NCBI GenBank assembly: GCA_012295275.1
Contig: CM022669.1
Location: 16,368,001 to 16,432,000 of the forward strand
Reading direction: 5' to 3'
Origin: Chrysomallon squamiferum
Taxonomy: Eukaryota; Animalia; Mollusca
DNA length: 64,000 nucleotides
This document shows, piece after piece, positions 49,832 to 62,450 of this stretch (positions are counted from its first letter, which is position 1; each line of letters opens with the position of its first letter). Made by a program: the position numbers and the translations under genes. The notes under the pieces are model-generated. The model was not told the DNA's origin. It saw only the letters and a program-made list of their open reading frames with translations, and made no database searches.

Positions 49832-50696
49832 TCAGTAGAACCCACTGCCTTTCCGTTTACTGTGCAAAACAGCATCCGGGTTTTTCTTAAGCTCTTCGTC
49901 ATAATTCGCCATTCTGGCTACGCAGTCAACTCCTGCAGGATTTCCATATCTGTCGACAACGACTCCTTCCGAAATCTTCTTCTTCTTCTTTAGGTTGATC
50001 CTAATGGCGTCGCGTGAGCTCATGGAAGGACATTCTTCGAAGTAGTTGTAGGGAAGTAGTACAAATCCTATATGTGCGCCAACTGTAGGAGTAACGGGAA
50101 GATCCTCGGTATGCGGGATGTGATATATTCCTGTAGAAATCCACATCACTAGGTCCTGTTAAAAGACAAACAGTTTAGTAAATATATAAATCAGTCATAG
50201 TTACGAAAAATGTATTTAATATTATGGACAATATAATTTAATGTATTACAGTTAACTGCACTGTAATAACAAATTATAATGTGAGTGAATTTTAATGAAC
50301 AAACCACAGTACGGTTACAAACAACACAACAGCAGATCGAAATACAGAATATACAACACAACATAACAAATACCTCATCAGTTATGTTATCATTATCTTG
50401 AATAAATTTGTCGAAGGAAACGGTGGGATTGCTGTTATCAAACATGGCGTAACAGGAACTGCTGCCGAATTCATCGTCCTTGAATTTTGTAACAGCCATT
50501 TGGTACCTCGCCCACGACACCGCCATTTCATTGCCGTCGTTTTCAGGAAGTTTCTGTTTCGACATTCCAGTCATGTGAATCCTGTTTCAAAATAATTGAT
50601 ATCTTTAGTGAGAATTAAAAAATATTTATGAGAATGCAAAAAGGGTGATAGTCCTCAATTTAAACAAGATCAAAATTTCTTTATGCGACATAAAAA

Positions 50697-50757
<61 letters not shown>

Positions 50758-52787
50758 GCAATAACAATAGCAATAACAATTGTCATTGTGACAGATGTAT
50801 CTTCGCAATATTACTGATTTTGACATACTTACTAATAAAGCGTTGATGTTAATTTAAAATTTTAACACAAACTTTAGCTATCTCAACATTCTCACCTGTA
50901 AGCTCTGGGAACTCCAAATTTTGTCTTGTGTTTGTCGTTGTGGATGATGTGATACCTCGGATTATCAAAGTTAAACTTGTAGGCTGCTTGCACTTCTGAT
51001 TCCTTGAGATTTCGCCTGAAGAAAATCTGCGAGTACGTGTCACCAGGAATTCCAGAATTCGGTTCGTTGCTCACGCTTTCTGTATCGATGTCCAGCGTCT
51101 CGTATCTGTTCTTTGTGCCAAGAATATCGACATCAGCTTTCCAGTGGAAGAGGTGATGGTGAATGTTCCCAACAATGTTGTTGTGCAACTGGAAGCCGTA
51201 GTGACTTTTCCTGTCGTTGTATATCGTAGTGTAGATGTAGCCAGTGGAGAGAGTGCGGACCTCCAAGGCACCACTCTCATGGAAGACGAAATCCACGACG
51301 TAGTCGTAGTTCACTATTGTCAGGATTGTTCTCAGGATGAGTACAATGTCGGACAGACCAGAATAAAACCCTCCTTCGCCCTCAGAGTATGAAAGATGTC
51401 TTCTCAGTGGGACTCCAGTGTCCTGTTCAAATATGCAAATGGACTTATCCAGGATGATGGGATCCTTTGATATTTCACCAACGTACGTTGTTTTGATGAA
51501 AGTAGCAGATTCTGGACAGTCCGCGCCCGGAACCAGCGCCTGCGCATGCGTTCCTATTAAAGCTCCACTGTCGACAAATTCCGGCTGTCTCGGAGTGGAG
51601 CTGTATCCGGAATAATAAACAGCTATTTCTTGAAGGCTGATCTCGTACGCGATCCTTTCTCCTGCAAAACGAATATCAAATAACTGAGGGCCCGTCAAAG
51701 TGGAGAGTCTAAAATCGAAACTCCACTGAAGATACTCCACGTGTCGGTGTTTAATGCTGTAGCGCTTTCCATCTGGTTCAACAGATTTGGGCGGCCTCTG
51801 AGGTTTGTCTGGAACGGGTTTCCCTCTTCTGTTTAGTGTCGAAAACAGGTTTTCACTGTACGAAGGGTATTTTACACTTGATTTCTTTACTGACGTAGAA
51901 TTGTAACCAGTTATTAATTCTTTGAGAGAAGGATATTCTTTACCTCCGTAAACGATCTTCTCGAAAAAATATTTTGACGGATCTGAGCTGTCTGTATTGA
52001 CCAGGACTGAAAAGCCCACTGGATGAAGACTGTAGTATTCCACCTGCTGCATAGCCTCCAGCCATATCTTTCTAACATTACTCTTGAGAATAGCTGTCGA
52101 TATAGGAGATGGATAAAAAACCAAACATTTATCTTCGCAGTTAGTGAAACTAGCACCATAACTTTCTTTAAGAATGAATCCAATTTGTTTGTCCAGAGGA
52201 ATTAAGATGTAATCATTATAAGCACTGTATTCCACACCACCGAGGGGCCTGTGTGCGTAGGGTACGGGGTTTTTGCGGTACTTTGAAACAAGCAGTTTAT
52301 GATAAGTTGGCTTGGGGAGAGGACCGACGACATATTCCTCCACAACCGCAGGATTCTGGTCGCCACGAAAAATCACGAGTCTCGCTCGACGGTCCGGTTT
52401 CTTGCCTTTGTTGTCAAGGTAACTTAGAACGTCTGACTTCTTCGGAGGAAAGTAATCGTACGTGTATATGTAGCTGGAATTCACTCTAGCTTTTTCCGGC
52501 GTTTCCAGTCTAGGATCTGCCACGCTGTATATGTATTCCTGAATGCCTTTGATTTCCGAAGCAGTCAGGTCGTCGAAGACGCTCGGATCTTCAGACTCCG
52601 TGAGATCTATCACAGAGTTACCTCCCCCGCAAGGTTTCGCTGTCGTCCTTTTGATTATGCTGTCCTTGAAGATTGTAACAGCTGCTATGGTAACAATTAA
52701 TCCAAACGAAAGAAAGGCCAAAAAGATTGTTGCACAGCGCCATCTGCCGATGCTTCGGCGATATTTTTCGTGGATGGTTTCAGTCAT
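49832..52787 (-). CDS. Copper-containing amine oxidase, paralog B, type II membrane-anchored, 807 aa
   Basis: Minus-strand exons 52787-50896, 50581-50374 and 50155-49832. The ATG (MTETIHEK) lies 7 nt after the acceptor at 52794. It has a TM anchor, the EFVDSG catalytic Asp, IVNYDY TPQ motif, NIHHH, YHIPHTED, PGADCP and WARYQMAVTK. A polyA-signal candidate AATAAA is at 49758-49753. Confidence 0.93.
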
Positions 52788-53105
52788 TGTCTTCCTAGAC
52801 GAGAAAACAAAAATACACGTTTTGATCATAATACACCTAAATACACGAACACATTCATTATTATAAACGTTCATATATATACTGTATATCTTAGTATATA
52901 TATATGTTCATATTTTCATCACCAAACTGTAAACGCAAAATGTACTAATAATAAAGTATAAGAAAAGAAAAATAAAGAAAACGGATACATACACTAAATC
53001 TGGAATTTGAATTTGTTTAGTTACTGTTTTATTACTTTCATGAAATAGTTTCCGTAAGTTGAAATGTAATAATGACGATGTTGATAATGATAATGATGAT
53101 GATGG

Positions 53106-53176
<71 letters not shown>

Positions 53177-53476
53177 TACAATTTCCGTATGTTCAGATAA
53201 AATGGATTTTTAAAATTTTCTTTCAGTGTACGAAATTGTATAATAAAAAGAAATAATGTGAACCTTCAAGTCCTCAGAATATTACCACTGACGTTTAATT
53301 ATTTGTCAGTGCACTTCTTCTATTATTTTCTTTTTCTCTAAACCTTCCTTCCTCTTTAAGTAATTATATTAAAAAAGTCCCTATACAAATTCAAAGGTTC
53401 ACGAATAACTTGACCTTCTAAAACATTCAGTGAACATTCTTTGTAGTTATCAGGTTTGTCATTTCAAAGTCCTTTT

Positions 53477-53513
<37 letters not shown>

Positions 53514-53982
53514 ACATGGTATTTACACAGTCTTTTTAAAAGCTGATGTCAAATGTAATTACGTTGCAAATATCTCCAGCTGGTTAAGTTGAAGACGAGT
53601 TTCTAGATATACAGTTGCATAATCAGAAGTGCAGTATTAAGCCCTCTAGAGATTTAATGTAAAGTACTTGTTTTTAATAACCATTTTTCTTTTTGAAATT
53701 ATTACGAGATGCCTCTCTGTGGCCTAAGGGCTTACACTATCGTAATATACCTAAACATACATGATAATAAAGGCACATATATGTGTATGTGTGTGTATAT
53801 GTATATATATATATATATCTTCATACTCCATGAGATATATATATATATATATTACAAACTGTTTGTTTATTAGTTTACCTATTCAGTGGAGGACTGAAAA
53901 TATTACCGTTAATAGAGGCTTCTGAAAACAGAACACCTGGATATCCAGTTTAGAGGGGTAACGGGGATTTTTTTGTTATGTT

Positions 53983-54101
<119 letters not shown>

Positions 54102-54656
54102 AGAAATGGAAAGAAAAATAATATGTATGTATTTATGCATGTATGTCAGGATGTCTGTGTATCTGTATGTGTCCAATCTTATTTTATTATTATTAATTTA
54201 ACAGCTTCGGGCCGTTTACCAATAAACCTGTAATCCTTTTATCACTCATGACATCTGGCACATTTGAAGTCCATTGCGTAATATTTAATCTGAAACGGGC
54301 GTTTGCCAGAAACAAGTGGCTAACCTCAGAATAAAACAGATTTATACTGAATAAAACAGCTGTTTCGTATTATTAACGTACCAGCAGGGATTTTAAGAAG
54401 TTAAAAAAAACAAAAACAAAAAACAACAACACCGCACTGCTACAGTTATTTATTAACTAATACAACAGGTACGGACAGTATGTCCTAACAGAATTCCAGC
54501 GTAACCAACGAAAAAGGGAAAGATAGTGCGTCCCTTTAACCACAAAAGCCATAAAATAAAAAGACTAACTATATTATCTAATATGATAAAAAAAAAAAAA
54601 AAGAAGAAAAAAGACGCAGAATATGGTCAGAAGAAAGTCAACGAAAACCAACATAC

Positions 54657-54900
54657 CTGTTTCAAACTGTACGGTTCAGTGAATAACCCTACTTGAGCCG
54701 CACGCAGTCTCGTTGTGTTTGTTGCACTGCAAGTTCTTACCCGGTCATCTAGGTTTACACCGAGAGAGAAATTTAGTGTGTGTGTTTAACAGCTGATTGG
54801 CCAAGCTGGTCAAGAGCTGTACGGGTTTGTTTGTTCGGCGGATACCCCTTGACCCGTTCAAGATAAAGAAAAGACGAAGTGCTATTTTGTAAACGTTACT
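54657..54900 (-). other. Probable non-coding first exon / promoter region of amine oxidase B (boundaries uncertain)
   Basis: GC-richer island with minus-strand donors CGG|GTAAGA (54741/54740) and CAG|GTATGT (54657/54656). This mirrors the non-coding exon of paralog A. Confidence 0.4.
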
Positions 54901-55168
54901 AATAGAAAGACGTCGCAAACGGATACTTTTAGTTAATATGGGTTTGAAGCAATTTCGAGTAGTGTCGGTGAACTTTTTTTTTTTTATATTATTCCCGTTC
55001 ACGAAACTGTTCCTATTGAACACTGTTTGTTTTATTTATTTATTTAGCACTTATTTAATTTAATTTAATTTAATTAATTAATTAATTAAATTTTTTAAAT
55101 TATTTTTAAAAATATTTTTATTTATCATATTATTTATTTTATTTTATTTTATTTATTTATTTGACTTT

Positions 55169-55199
<31 letters not shown>

Positions 55200-55526
55200 T
55201 ATTTGTTTATTATCTGTTTGTTTGTCTGCACTTGTCTGCATATGATTCACTGAACTTGGCAGGCAAACTATGTCGTTTAAAACAATCTTGAGATGTCATA
55301 TTTGAAATCATTTTAAACAGTTTACTTTGGAATGGCGACACTCTTCCCTAAATGATATATTATGTAAATCTCGTTTGTATATTCATATACATACATACAT
55401 ACATACATACATACATACATACATACATACATACATACATACATACATACATACATACATACAAATACAAATACAAAAGTAATTTTAAAGAGCTATTACT
55501 GATATATTTTCTATTCCTGTTATAAC

Positions 55527-55565
<39 letters not shown>

Positions 55566-56640
55566 ACTCTTGAATTTTCATAAAGAAGTTTTATTGGCTT
55601 ATGTAGGAGACACAAGGAAACAAAATGACTGCTTGTATTTTAAAGGTATACGATAATTCATTTTCCAATTTATTTATTTATTTATTTATTTATTTATTAT
55701 TATTATTTTATCGAATGAGAGACAACACCTCAAAATCATTCCGTATTTCATAATTATGAAATTATTAATTTAAAAAAAATTAAGTTCCAAAAATAAACAA
55801 AACAGACTGAGTCGACGTAAATACTTTAAAACTGACGTACCGACAGAAGTTACTTCCCTTCGAAGAATTTTATTTTCCTCCACAGATTTATTTATGATTT
55901 TATTCACTAAATTTTATTTATTTGATAAATATTTTATATCTCTCGCAGAACAGAATATATATTTTACAAATTTTATGACTTCTTTTATTACGAATTAAAA
56001 ACGCTTTTAAAATATTATCATTAAATCTTTAAACTTTATCTACTATAACAACGTAATATGCACATCATTCAGGATGGTATGAATCGTTTATGAATAAGGA
56101 TTATTTTTAGCTTGTTCTCAAACAGAAAAAAACCCAAATCAAAATAGTTCTGTTATGATTAAATTTTTCTTCTTTTATGTGTAATGCTTAAAACATATTT
56201 TGATATAAAACATATTTACATGTCACTAAACTGATGTCGAGATATTCCAGTTTTGCTAGCTAAAGTCTGACGTTATGAATTCATTATAATGACAGTTATA
56301 ACTGTCACATTGTTCAAACTGACGTTTATTCGTTTCTTTTTGTTAATATTAAGTCCCTCATTTCTGCCCATTTCAAGGCTGTTTCTCGCGTCACTTACGC
56401 TGACGTAACTCGATAGTAACGCAGTTAGATGAGAAATCTAAATCGACATATGTCATGGGCAGGTTCAGTTTCGTTTCATAATTCATCGAGTATTTGCTTA
56501 CGTCACTGCTGGTAACAGATGTTTATTTAATTTGTTTCTCCACTAAAACAAAAACTATGTACTTGTTTTGTCTCAGTATCGTTATTGTTGTTGTTGTTGT
56601 TGTTGTTGTTACCATTATTATTATTATTATTATGTTATTA

Positions 56641-56673
<33 letters not shown>

Positions 56674-57186
56674 TGTTGTTGTTGTTGTTCTTCTTCTTCT
56701 TCTTCATATCATCACCATCATCATCATCATCATTATCGCCATTATCATTTTCATTACAAGAACATCGCTACCAGTACCATCAATATATTTCCATGTGTCA
56801 AGTATTAGAAAAAGAATAACTGATTACGAGGAAAAAATTGTTTTTCTGTGACAAGCGTTATGGCCCTTTTGTTTCTAATACTGACATTGTCTTTACTTCT
56901 TCCGTTTGTTTTCTTCCTGTGAATCACATCAATAAACCTTTTTCTTTTTCAATTATATACTTGCAGGCTTCCCGAAAATATACAGAAGAAAAGAGATTTT
57001 CTAAACGACAAAAAGCTTGATTAAAGGTACTACTTTATGACCGTCTTTTTTTTTTCTTCTTCTTTTTCATACTGACACAATTAAACACAGAAAGAAAATG
57101 AAAAAAAAAAAAAAAAAAAAAAAACCCCACTAATTCTTTTTAGAACGGATTTTACCAGTAAAAAAACTAAATCTTTACTTTGATAA

Positions 57187-57430
57187 ATGTTTGGAGACAG
57201 AGCGGAGATCAACATGAATGAAGAACAACAAAAAGCTTTTAAGAAAAATCGAATATCATTAATCCGATTTTCTTTTCGTCTTTTGTTTAAGAAATCACCG
57301 ATCGGTAATCATAAAAGATCTTTGCGTGATGCGTAGACTGTTTTAATTACCGGCTGTGAACATTTGCAAAACATTATTAAGAAACGCAGACAGCTGTTTG
57401 AGAGATTCTTTTCTTCAACAGCATATTGAG
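57187..57430 (+). pseudogene. Possible decayed CARD/death-fold-like coding fragment
   Basis: It reads MFGDRAEINMNEEQQKAFKKNRISLIR... then an in-frame TAG, then ...CEHLQNIIKKRRQLFERFF. It is bounded by ttttttag| (about 57143) and GAG|gtaata (57430). Similarity to CARD helices was judged by eye only. Confidence 0.22.
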
Positions 57431-58172
57431 GTAATAAACCATTTTATAAATTAAAACGAAGAAAAAAAATACGAAAGTAAATACGAAAAATAAACGAAAA
57501 CGGAATAAAGGTTCTCGTCTTAAGAGAATAAATACTAACGTTTATCGCCTTGAGGTTAGAAGATTTTAATACGGAATTTTTATTTTTTATTTTTTTTTTT
57601 TTTAATTTGGTTGCATTAATGTTATTAGAACAATAATAAAATAAATGAATAAGAACGAAAATACTAATTAAATTATCAGAAATTGAAATAAAAAAGATTA
57701 ATATGTTTCTGGGAATTTTCGTTTTTGTTACATTACCGTTTGTATCAGAATTTTGTGAATGTGGATCATCAGATGTACGAGACGTTATTATTATTATTAT
57801 TATTTTTATTATAAAATTGTTTATTTGAACTGTCAGAAATAAATGAGAGACAAATTTCTAATTTAAAATCTTAGTGAAATTGATGAACCACATATTGCGC
57901 AATACTTCTAACGTGAGACGACGCTGAAATGGTTCCGCTGAATGAAACGTCTATTTCTGATTTACTCTCATTGTCAGATTCTCTTTGATCTCTTACCGAT
58001 TCTGCCGATCCATCTCTGAATTCAAAAATGATTATTAGATTTTAAAAGAAGAATTATTTTCGTCTTGGTTATTAATTAACCTCAGAAGATATTTATATAA
58101 TTTAATATTTTTATGGCGTTTATGAAATTATTTGTACTTTGGTCTGGCTTTGACTCTCTCTCTCTTTCTCAT

Positions 58173-58236
<64 letters not shown>

Positions 58237-58573
58237 CTCCCTCCCTCCCTCATCCCTCCTCTCTCTCTCTCTTTTGATTATTACAAAAAAACTGTGTAAA
58301 AACTTTGTTTTAGAAATATTTTTCAAAATAAATCTGCCTGTAATGCTATGTTATATGATAAAAAATATTTTCTTCAAGATGCTTGTCTAGTCCGTACCTA
58401 TGTATGAAATATAAATCTGAATATTTAATACAAAATTTGTACTATAATGACGGAAATTAAAAGATCTAATTGAAACCAGTATAAAAATACCTAAAAATAG
58501 ATAGAAAAGAAATGTGAAAATCCCAGTCCAGAAATGATAAAAAAGATAGAAAAAAAGTTGTCCCTTTATCTAA

Positions 58574-58625
<52 letters not shown>

Positions 58626-58959
58626 CACTGAATAGGAAATTTCCTATTCAGTGTTATGTATTTTATTGTAAAGTTATCCAAAAATACGTTGACGATAACA
58701 ATTACCTTTATAATGATTAATAGTTAAATCCCATTCAAAAAAGAATATTTAATAGGCACAGTCTTTCAAAGATATGTAAACATCGTGAAATATTTACCTA
58801 ACATATAGTCTTAACAACTGCCACGGAAGATTTCAATGCTTTACCGTTAACAATGAATGACGTCAACAATACAGTGACTTCATAATAGCGTTTCTTTCTG
58901 AAACGTTTTTCTGTGAGCATTTTAAAAGAAGGAATTGTGAAGTTAATGAATTTATTTAT

Positions 58960-59100
58960 TTAAATATTATATTATATTATATTATATTATATTTATAATA
59001 TTATATTATATTATATTATATTATTAGTATATTATATTACTGTTATATTACTATTATATTATATTATATTATATTATATTATATTATATTATATTATATA
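58960..59100 (+). repeat. (ATATT)n pentanucleotide microsatellite
   Basis: Direct inspection. Confidence 0.9.
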
Positions 59101-59257
59101 ATTTCTCAGATTAGCCCCTTGATAATCGTTTGATTTAAAAAAGGAAATCTTGTTGATCGATTGTACCCCGCAGCTCCTAAAAACCTTTATAATGCTAAAA
59201 GATCACTCCTGTTATTAAAGTTCTGTAGTTATACAAATGAAGTTGTATTTTAACTAA

Positions 59258-59338
<81 letters not shown>

Positions 59339-59787
59339 GTGTGTGTTTGTGTTTATAATTAAATCCCTGACTGTAATATCAAATTTCGTAACACTAACTT
59401 AATTTACTATATGAAATTAATTTAATTCAGTTTATTTATTAGATCTAAATATCATACACATCAAGACTAGCAATTACTGCAGAAAGTGAGGCCACTGTGA
59501 TCTGGACACTGACTTAACAGGAATCTATTTTTAACTAACAAAACTGCACTGTCATTAGAAATCTTTCGAGATACTTCTAAAATTAGCTGGAACGCAAAAG
59601 TTACAATAAAATATCTTCACAGAAATAATTCCTCTTTGTAGAAGTGCATTTCAAAGAAAGCTTTTGATTATAAAAATGTGTAACAGTCACGGGAAAAAAA
59701 AAAGAGGTAATTTTCAATTAATGTGAACATCAAAACTGTAAAATTTAAGATTTTTTTTTATATATATTTTGTTTTTACAAATATAAA

Positions 59788-62450
59788 CTGAAGTAAAGGA
59801 AAGGAAAGGAAAGTACAGTTCAGTACAGTAAAGTAAAGTGCAGTGAAGTAAAGTGAAGTAAATAAAGTATAGTAGAATAAAGCAAAGTAAAGTAATGTAG
59901 GGTAAAATAAAGTAAAGTAAAGTAAGGTTAAGTAAATTAAAGTAAAGTAAAGTAAAAGTAAGGTAAAAATAAAGTAATGTAAATTAAAAGTAAAAGTAAA
60001 GGCAAAGTAAAAGTGTAGTAAAGTGAAGTGTGTAGTAAAAATAAAAGTAAAAATAAAAGTAAAAGTAAAGTAAAATAAAATTAAAAGTAAAAAATAAAAA
60101 GTAAAAGTAAAAGTAAAAGTAAAGTAAAGTAAAAGTAAAAGTAAAAGTAATGTAAAGAAAAAGTAAAATAAACTAAGATAAAATGTAAAAAGTAAAATAA
60201 AAAAAAAGTAAAAGTAAAGCAAAGTGGAAAATAAAAAAGTAAAAAGTAAAATAAAAGTAAAATAAAATAAAATAAAAAATAAAGTAAAAAAAGTAAAATA
60301 AAAATAAGATAAAAATTAAAAAAGTAAAATAAAAAGTAAAAAAAAGATAAAGTAAAAATAAAATAAAGTAAAAAAAAGTAAAATTAAAAAATTAAAGTAA
60401 AAGTAAAGTAAAAAATAAAAAATAAAAATAAAAGTAAAAAAAATAAAAAAAAAAAGGTAAAAATAAAAATAAAGGTAAAAGTAAAGTAAAAAAAAAAAAA
60501 TTAAAATAAAGTAAAATAAAAATAAAATAAAAGGTAAAAAAATAAAAGTAAAATAAAATAAAAATAAAATAAAATAAAAAGTAAAAGTTAAAATAAAAAT
60601 AAAAGTAAAAAATAAAATAAAAGGTAAAATAAAAAATAATAAAAGTAAATTAAAAAGTAAAGTAAAAACAAAAGTAAAAGGTAAAAATAAAGGATAAAAG
60701 GGTAAAATTAAAAAAAAGGTAAAAAATAAAAAAAAAGTAAAAATAAAAAAAAAAAAAAAGTAAAAAAAAAGTAAAATAAATAAAAAAATAAAGGTAAAAA
60801 AGTAAAAGTAAAAAAAAGTAAAAAAAAAAGTAAAGATATTAAAATAAAAGTAAAATAAAAAAAAATTAAAAGTAAAAGTAAAAGTAAAGTAAAGGTAAAG
60901 ATAAAAAAAGTAAAGTAAAAAATAAAATAAAAGAGTAAAATAAAGGTAAAAGTAAAGATTAAAAAATAAAAGTAAAATAAAGTAAAGATTAAAAAGATAA
61001 AATTAAAGTAAAAATAAAAAAAGTAAAAGTAAAATAAAAATAAAATTAAAAGTAAAATAAAATAAAAAATAAAGATAAAAAAGATAAGGTAAAAGTAAAA
61101 AATAAAATTAAAGTAAAATAAAAAAGTAAAGGTAAAGTAAAAAAAAAAGTAAAATAAAATAAAATAAAATTAAAGGTAAAAAAAAAAGAAAAATAAAATA
61201 AAATAAAAGATAAAAGTAAAAGTAAAAGTAAAGTAAAAACAAAAATAAAGATAAAAAGATAAAAAAAATAAAAGTAAAAAAAAGTAAAATAAAAAAAATA
61301 AAGTAAAAGTAAAAAGTAAAAAAAATAAAATAAAAATAAAAATAAAAGTAAAAAGTAAAATAAGAAAAAATAAAATAAAAATAAGATAAAAATAAAAAAA
61401 GTAAAAAGTGAAAAATTAAAGTAAAAGTAAAAGGTAAAAAATAAAAGATAAAGTAAAAGTAAAAGTAAAAACAAAAAAAGTAAAAGTAAAAGTCAAATAA
61501 AAAAAGTAAAGTAAAAGTAAAAAAAGTAAAATAAAATAAAATAAGATAAAGATAAAATAAAAAAAAAAAAAGTAAAAACAAAGTAAGAGTAAGATAAAGG
61601 TAAAGATTAGATAAGATAATAAAATAAAAGGTAAAAGTAAAAGTAAAGTAAAAAAAAAAAGTAAGATAAAGTAAAAAGATAAAAAAGTAAAATAAAAGTA
61701 AAAGTAAAAAGTAAAAGTAAAAAAAGTAAAGATAAAGTAAGATAAAATAAGGTAAAAGTAAAGTAAAGTAAAAAATAAAAAAGTAAAAGTAAAAGTAAAA
61801 TAAAAGGTAAAGTAAAAAGTAAAAGTAAAAAAGTAAAAGTAAAAAAAAAAGGTAAAAGATAAAAGTAAAGGTAAAAAGTAAAAGTAAAAAGTAAAAGCAA
61901 AGTAAGTAAAAAGATAAAGGTAAGTAAAGTAAAAAAGTAAAGTAAAGCAAAGATAAAAGTAAAGGTAAAAGTTAAAAGTAAAAGTAAAGTAAAAAAAAAA
62001 AAGTAAGGTAAAGATAAAGTAAAAGGTAAAAAAAAGTAAAAGTAAAGGTAAATCAAAGTAAAGTAAAGTAAAGATAAAAGTAAAAAATAAAGTAAAGTAA
62101 AAGTAAAAATAAAAGTAAAAGTAAAAAATAAAGGTAAAGTAAGGTAAAAGTAAAATAAAATAAAAAAAAAGTAAAAGTGAAAAAAAATAAAATAAAGTAA
62201 AAAGTTAAAAGTTAAAGTTAAAGTAAAAAAAGTAAAATAAAATAAAATAAAAATAAAAAAAAGTAAAAGTAAAGTAAAAGTAAAATAAAATTAAAATAAA
62301 AAGTAAAAGTAAAGTAAAATAAAATAAAAATAAAAAGTAAAAGTAAAAGTAAAGTAAAATAAAGTAAAAGTAAAGTAAAGTAAAATAAAGTAAAGTAAAG
62401 TAAAGTAAAGAAAAGTAAAAAAAGCAAAGTAAAGTGAAGAAAAGTAAAGA
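59788..62450 (+). repeat. 2.7-kb degenerate A-rich penta/hexanucleotide satellite (GTAAA, GTAAAA, ATAAA)
   Basis: Almost no C on the + strand. Regular pentamers at both ends and irregular A-run lengths in the middle. It is the source of the Phe/Tyr/Leu/Thr ORFs on the minus strand. Confidence 0.95.

Noticed and set aside
52788-52874. Upstream extension of the 660-aa ORF (MNVYNNECV...)
   Set aside because: It lies mostly upstream of the acceptor at 52794. The paralog comparison supports the start at 52787.
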